DNA from: Amoeboaphelidium protococcarum X5
Taxonomy: Eukaryota; Fungi; Aphelidiomycota
NCBI GenBank assembly: GCA_023515725.1
Contig: JALDTO010000098.1
Location: 1,142,164-1,206,163 of the forward strand
Direction: 5' to 3'
DNA length: 64,000 nt
Shown piece after piece: positions 62,676 to 64,000 of this stretch. The translations under genes were made by a program, and so were the position numbers. The first letter of the stretch is position 1, and the number at the start of each line of letters is the position of its first letter. The notes below the pieces were generated by a model. That model searched no databases. It had not been told where the DNA came from and was given only the letters and a program-made list of their open reading frames with translations.

Positions 62676-64000
62676 ATGACTAGCTTTGCACCGGTAAGTT
62701 TCTGTCAGTAGTTGATATAAATGATAGAATGAAAATGAGGGAATGTATGTAGGGACAGTGGGTATGGTTTACTTAGAACGGTGGAAATGTTAACGATGGT
62801 CGATTGTTGATGGCCGGTCAGATAACAAGTGGTCAAGGGAATTAATTTGTAATTAAAGCATTCAACAATGATCCTGCAGAGGTATGATGTACCCAGTTTT
62901 TATTTTGATGTTCATGTAATAATAACAAGTGTCCATCATTTGTAGTTGTAACAAGTGGATGCCTCATGCATTAAACCGATGCATCAGTCGTCGGTGGCGA
63001 GTGTTTCAGACATGACATTGTTGGCCGATTTGCACGAGGCATCGTTGTTACATAACATCTCACAGCGCTATCTGAATGATCTGATGTATACTTTCACTGG
63101 TAATATTCTGGTGGCTGTCAATCCATACAAGTAGTTGGATATTTTTGGTGGTGATCTGGTGAGACGCTACTATGAGATGGGCAAATCAAAGGTTATCACT
63201 GATATGGATCCTCACATTTACGCTATTGCGAACGAGGCGTATAGTTAGATGTTGCGCAAGTAGGAGAATTAGTGTGTGGTTATCAGTGGTGAAAGTGGAG
63301 CTGGTAAGACAGAGTCTACGAAGCTGATTTTGAACTTCTTGGCTACAGTGTCTTCGAAGAAGTCTCTTGTTCAAGATCAGATCATGGATGCATCTCCTAT
63401 TTTGGAAGCTTTTGGTAATGCAAAGACTGTGCGTAATGATAATAGTAGTAGATTTGGCAAGTTTCTTGAGGTTTAGTTTTCGAGCGACGGTAGTATTGCT
63501 GGGGCTTTGACTCTTTAGTACTTGCTTGAGAAGAGTAGAATTGTGTTTTAGGCTGCAGATGAGAGGAATTATCACATCTTTTATGACTTGATTCTGGGAG
63601 CTACCGATTAGGAGAGGAAGGTTTTGCAACTGACTAAGCCTCAAGATTATCGTTATTTGAAGTAAAGTGGCTGTTATACTCTGAAAAATGTATCTGACGT
63701 TGATTCGATGAAGGAAGTCCGAGAGGCTATGCACACATTGAACTTTACAAAGAATTAATAGGATCAGAAGATATTTCGTGCACTGGCTGCTTGTCTGCAT
63801 CTGGGCAACGTCACCTTTGAGGGCCCTGATGATGGTGTGCAAATCGTTGATAGCCAGCCATTGTAGATTGCGGCTGATCTTTTGGAGATTTCTTCAGAGA
63901 ATTTGAGCAAGGCCTTGATTAGCAGGACTTCTATTACTAGGGGTGAGACGTTTATTACGCCTTTGAATATGACTTAGGCGAATGATGCGAGAGATGCTCT
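62676..64000 (+). CDS. Myosin heavy chain, motor domain (class VII/X/XXII-like), truncated by the window edge; introns 62694-62751 and 62882-62945
   Basis: [79 protein letters not shown]. Confidence 0.92.

Noticed and set aside
1-64000. Reading the many in-frame TAA/TAG codons as mass pseudogenisation
   Set aside because: They fall at conserved Gln positions in essential genes, and in-frame TGA does not interrupt those genes.
1-64000. CRISPR array or tandem guide array associated with the Cas12-like nuclease
   Set aside because: No regularly spaced direct repeats seen; only microsatellites (GA, TC, ATCA, GACT) and paralog similarity.

Overview
Gene-dense eukaryotic nuclear DNA from a fungus-like opisthokont that uses a variant genetic code: TAA and TAG read as Gln and only TGA is a stop (table 6). 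The supplied standard-code ORF track therefore cuts almost every gene into pieces. Variant code plus fungal-type gene content points to an aphelid such as Amoeboaphelidium protococcarum (inference). Re-translated by hand, the window holds about 28 protein genes with short introns, nearly all ending in TGTAG. These include SH3BGR-like, RVS161, cyclin Q-like, F-box/LRR, UreD, LUC7, an F-box/Crinkler-like cluster with relics, Gtr2/RagC, UspA, RNR1, TCP11/Sok1, Sen1, CPSF100, a miniature SART1, DDB1, two tandem KHA1-type antiporters, a TOK-like K+ channel, QCR7, a bHLH factor, COG2 apparently split in two, a kinase, TPC1, BCP1, RPS16, a prominin-like protein, CCT8 and a myosin. An RNase P RNA gene lies at 5430-5856. 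The standout is 17726-21230: a ~1170-aa protein joining a complete FEN1/XPG-type 5' nuclease to a Fanzor1/TnpB-type RuvC-zinc-finger nuclease. Both active sites are intact, there is one +1 frameshift, and no transposase is adjacent. Second, two unidentified, heavily base-paired, convergent non-coding RNA candidates fill 13.5-14.75 kb. All calls come from manual translation and motif recognition; no database searches were run.
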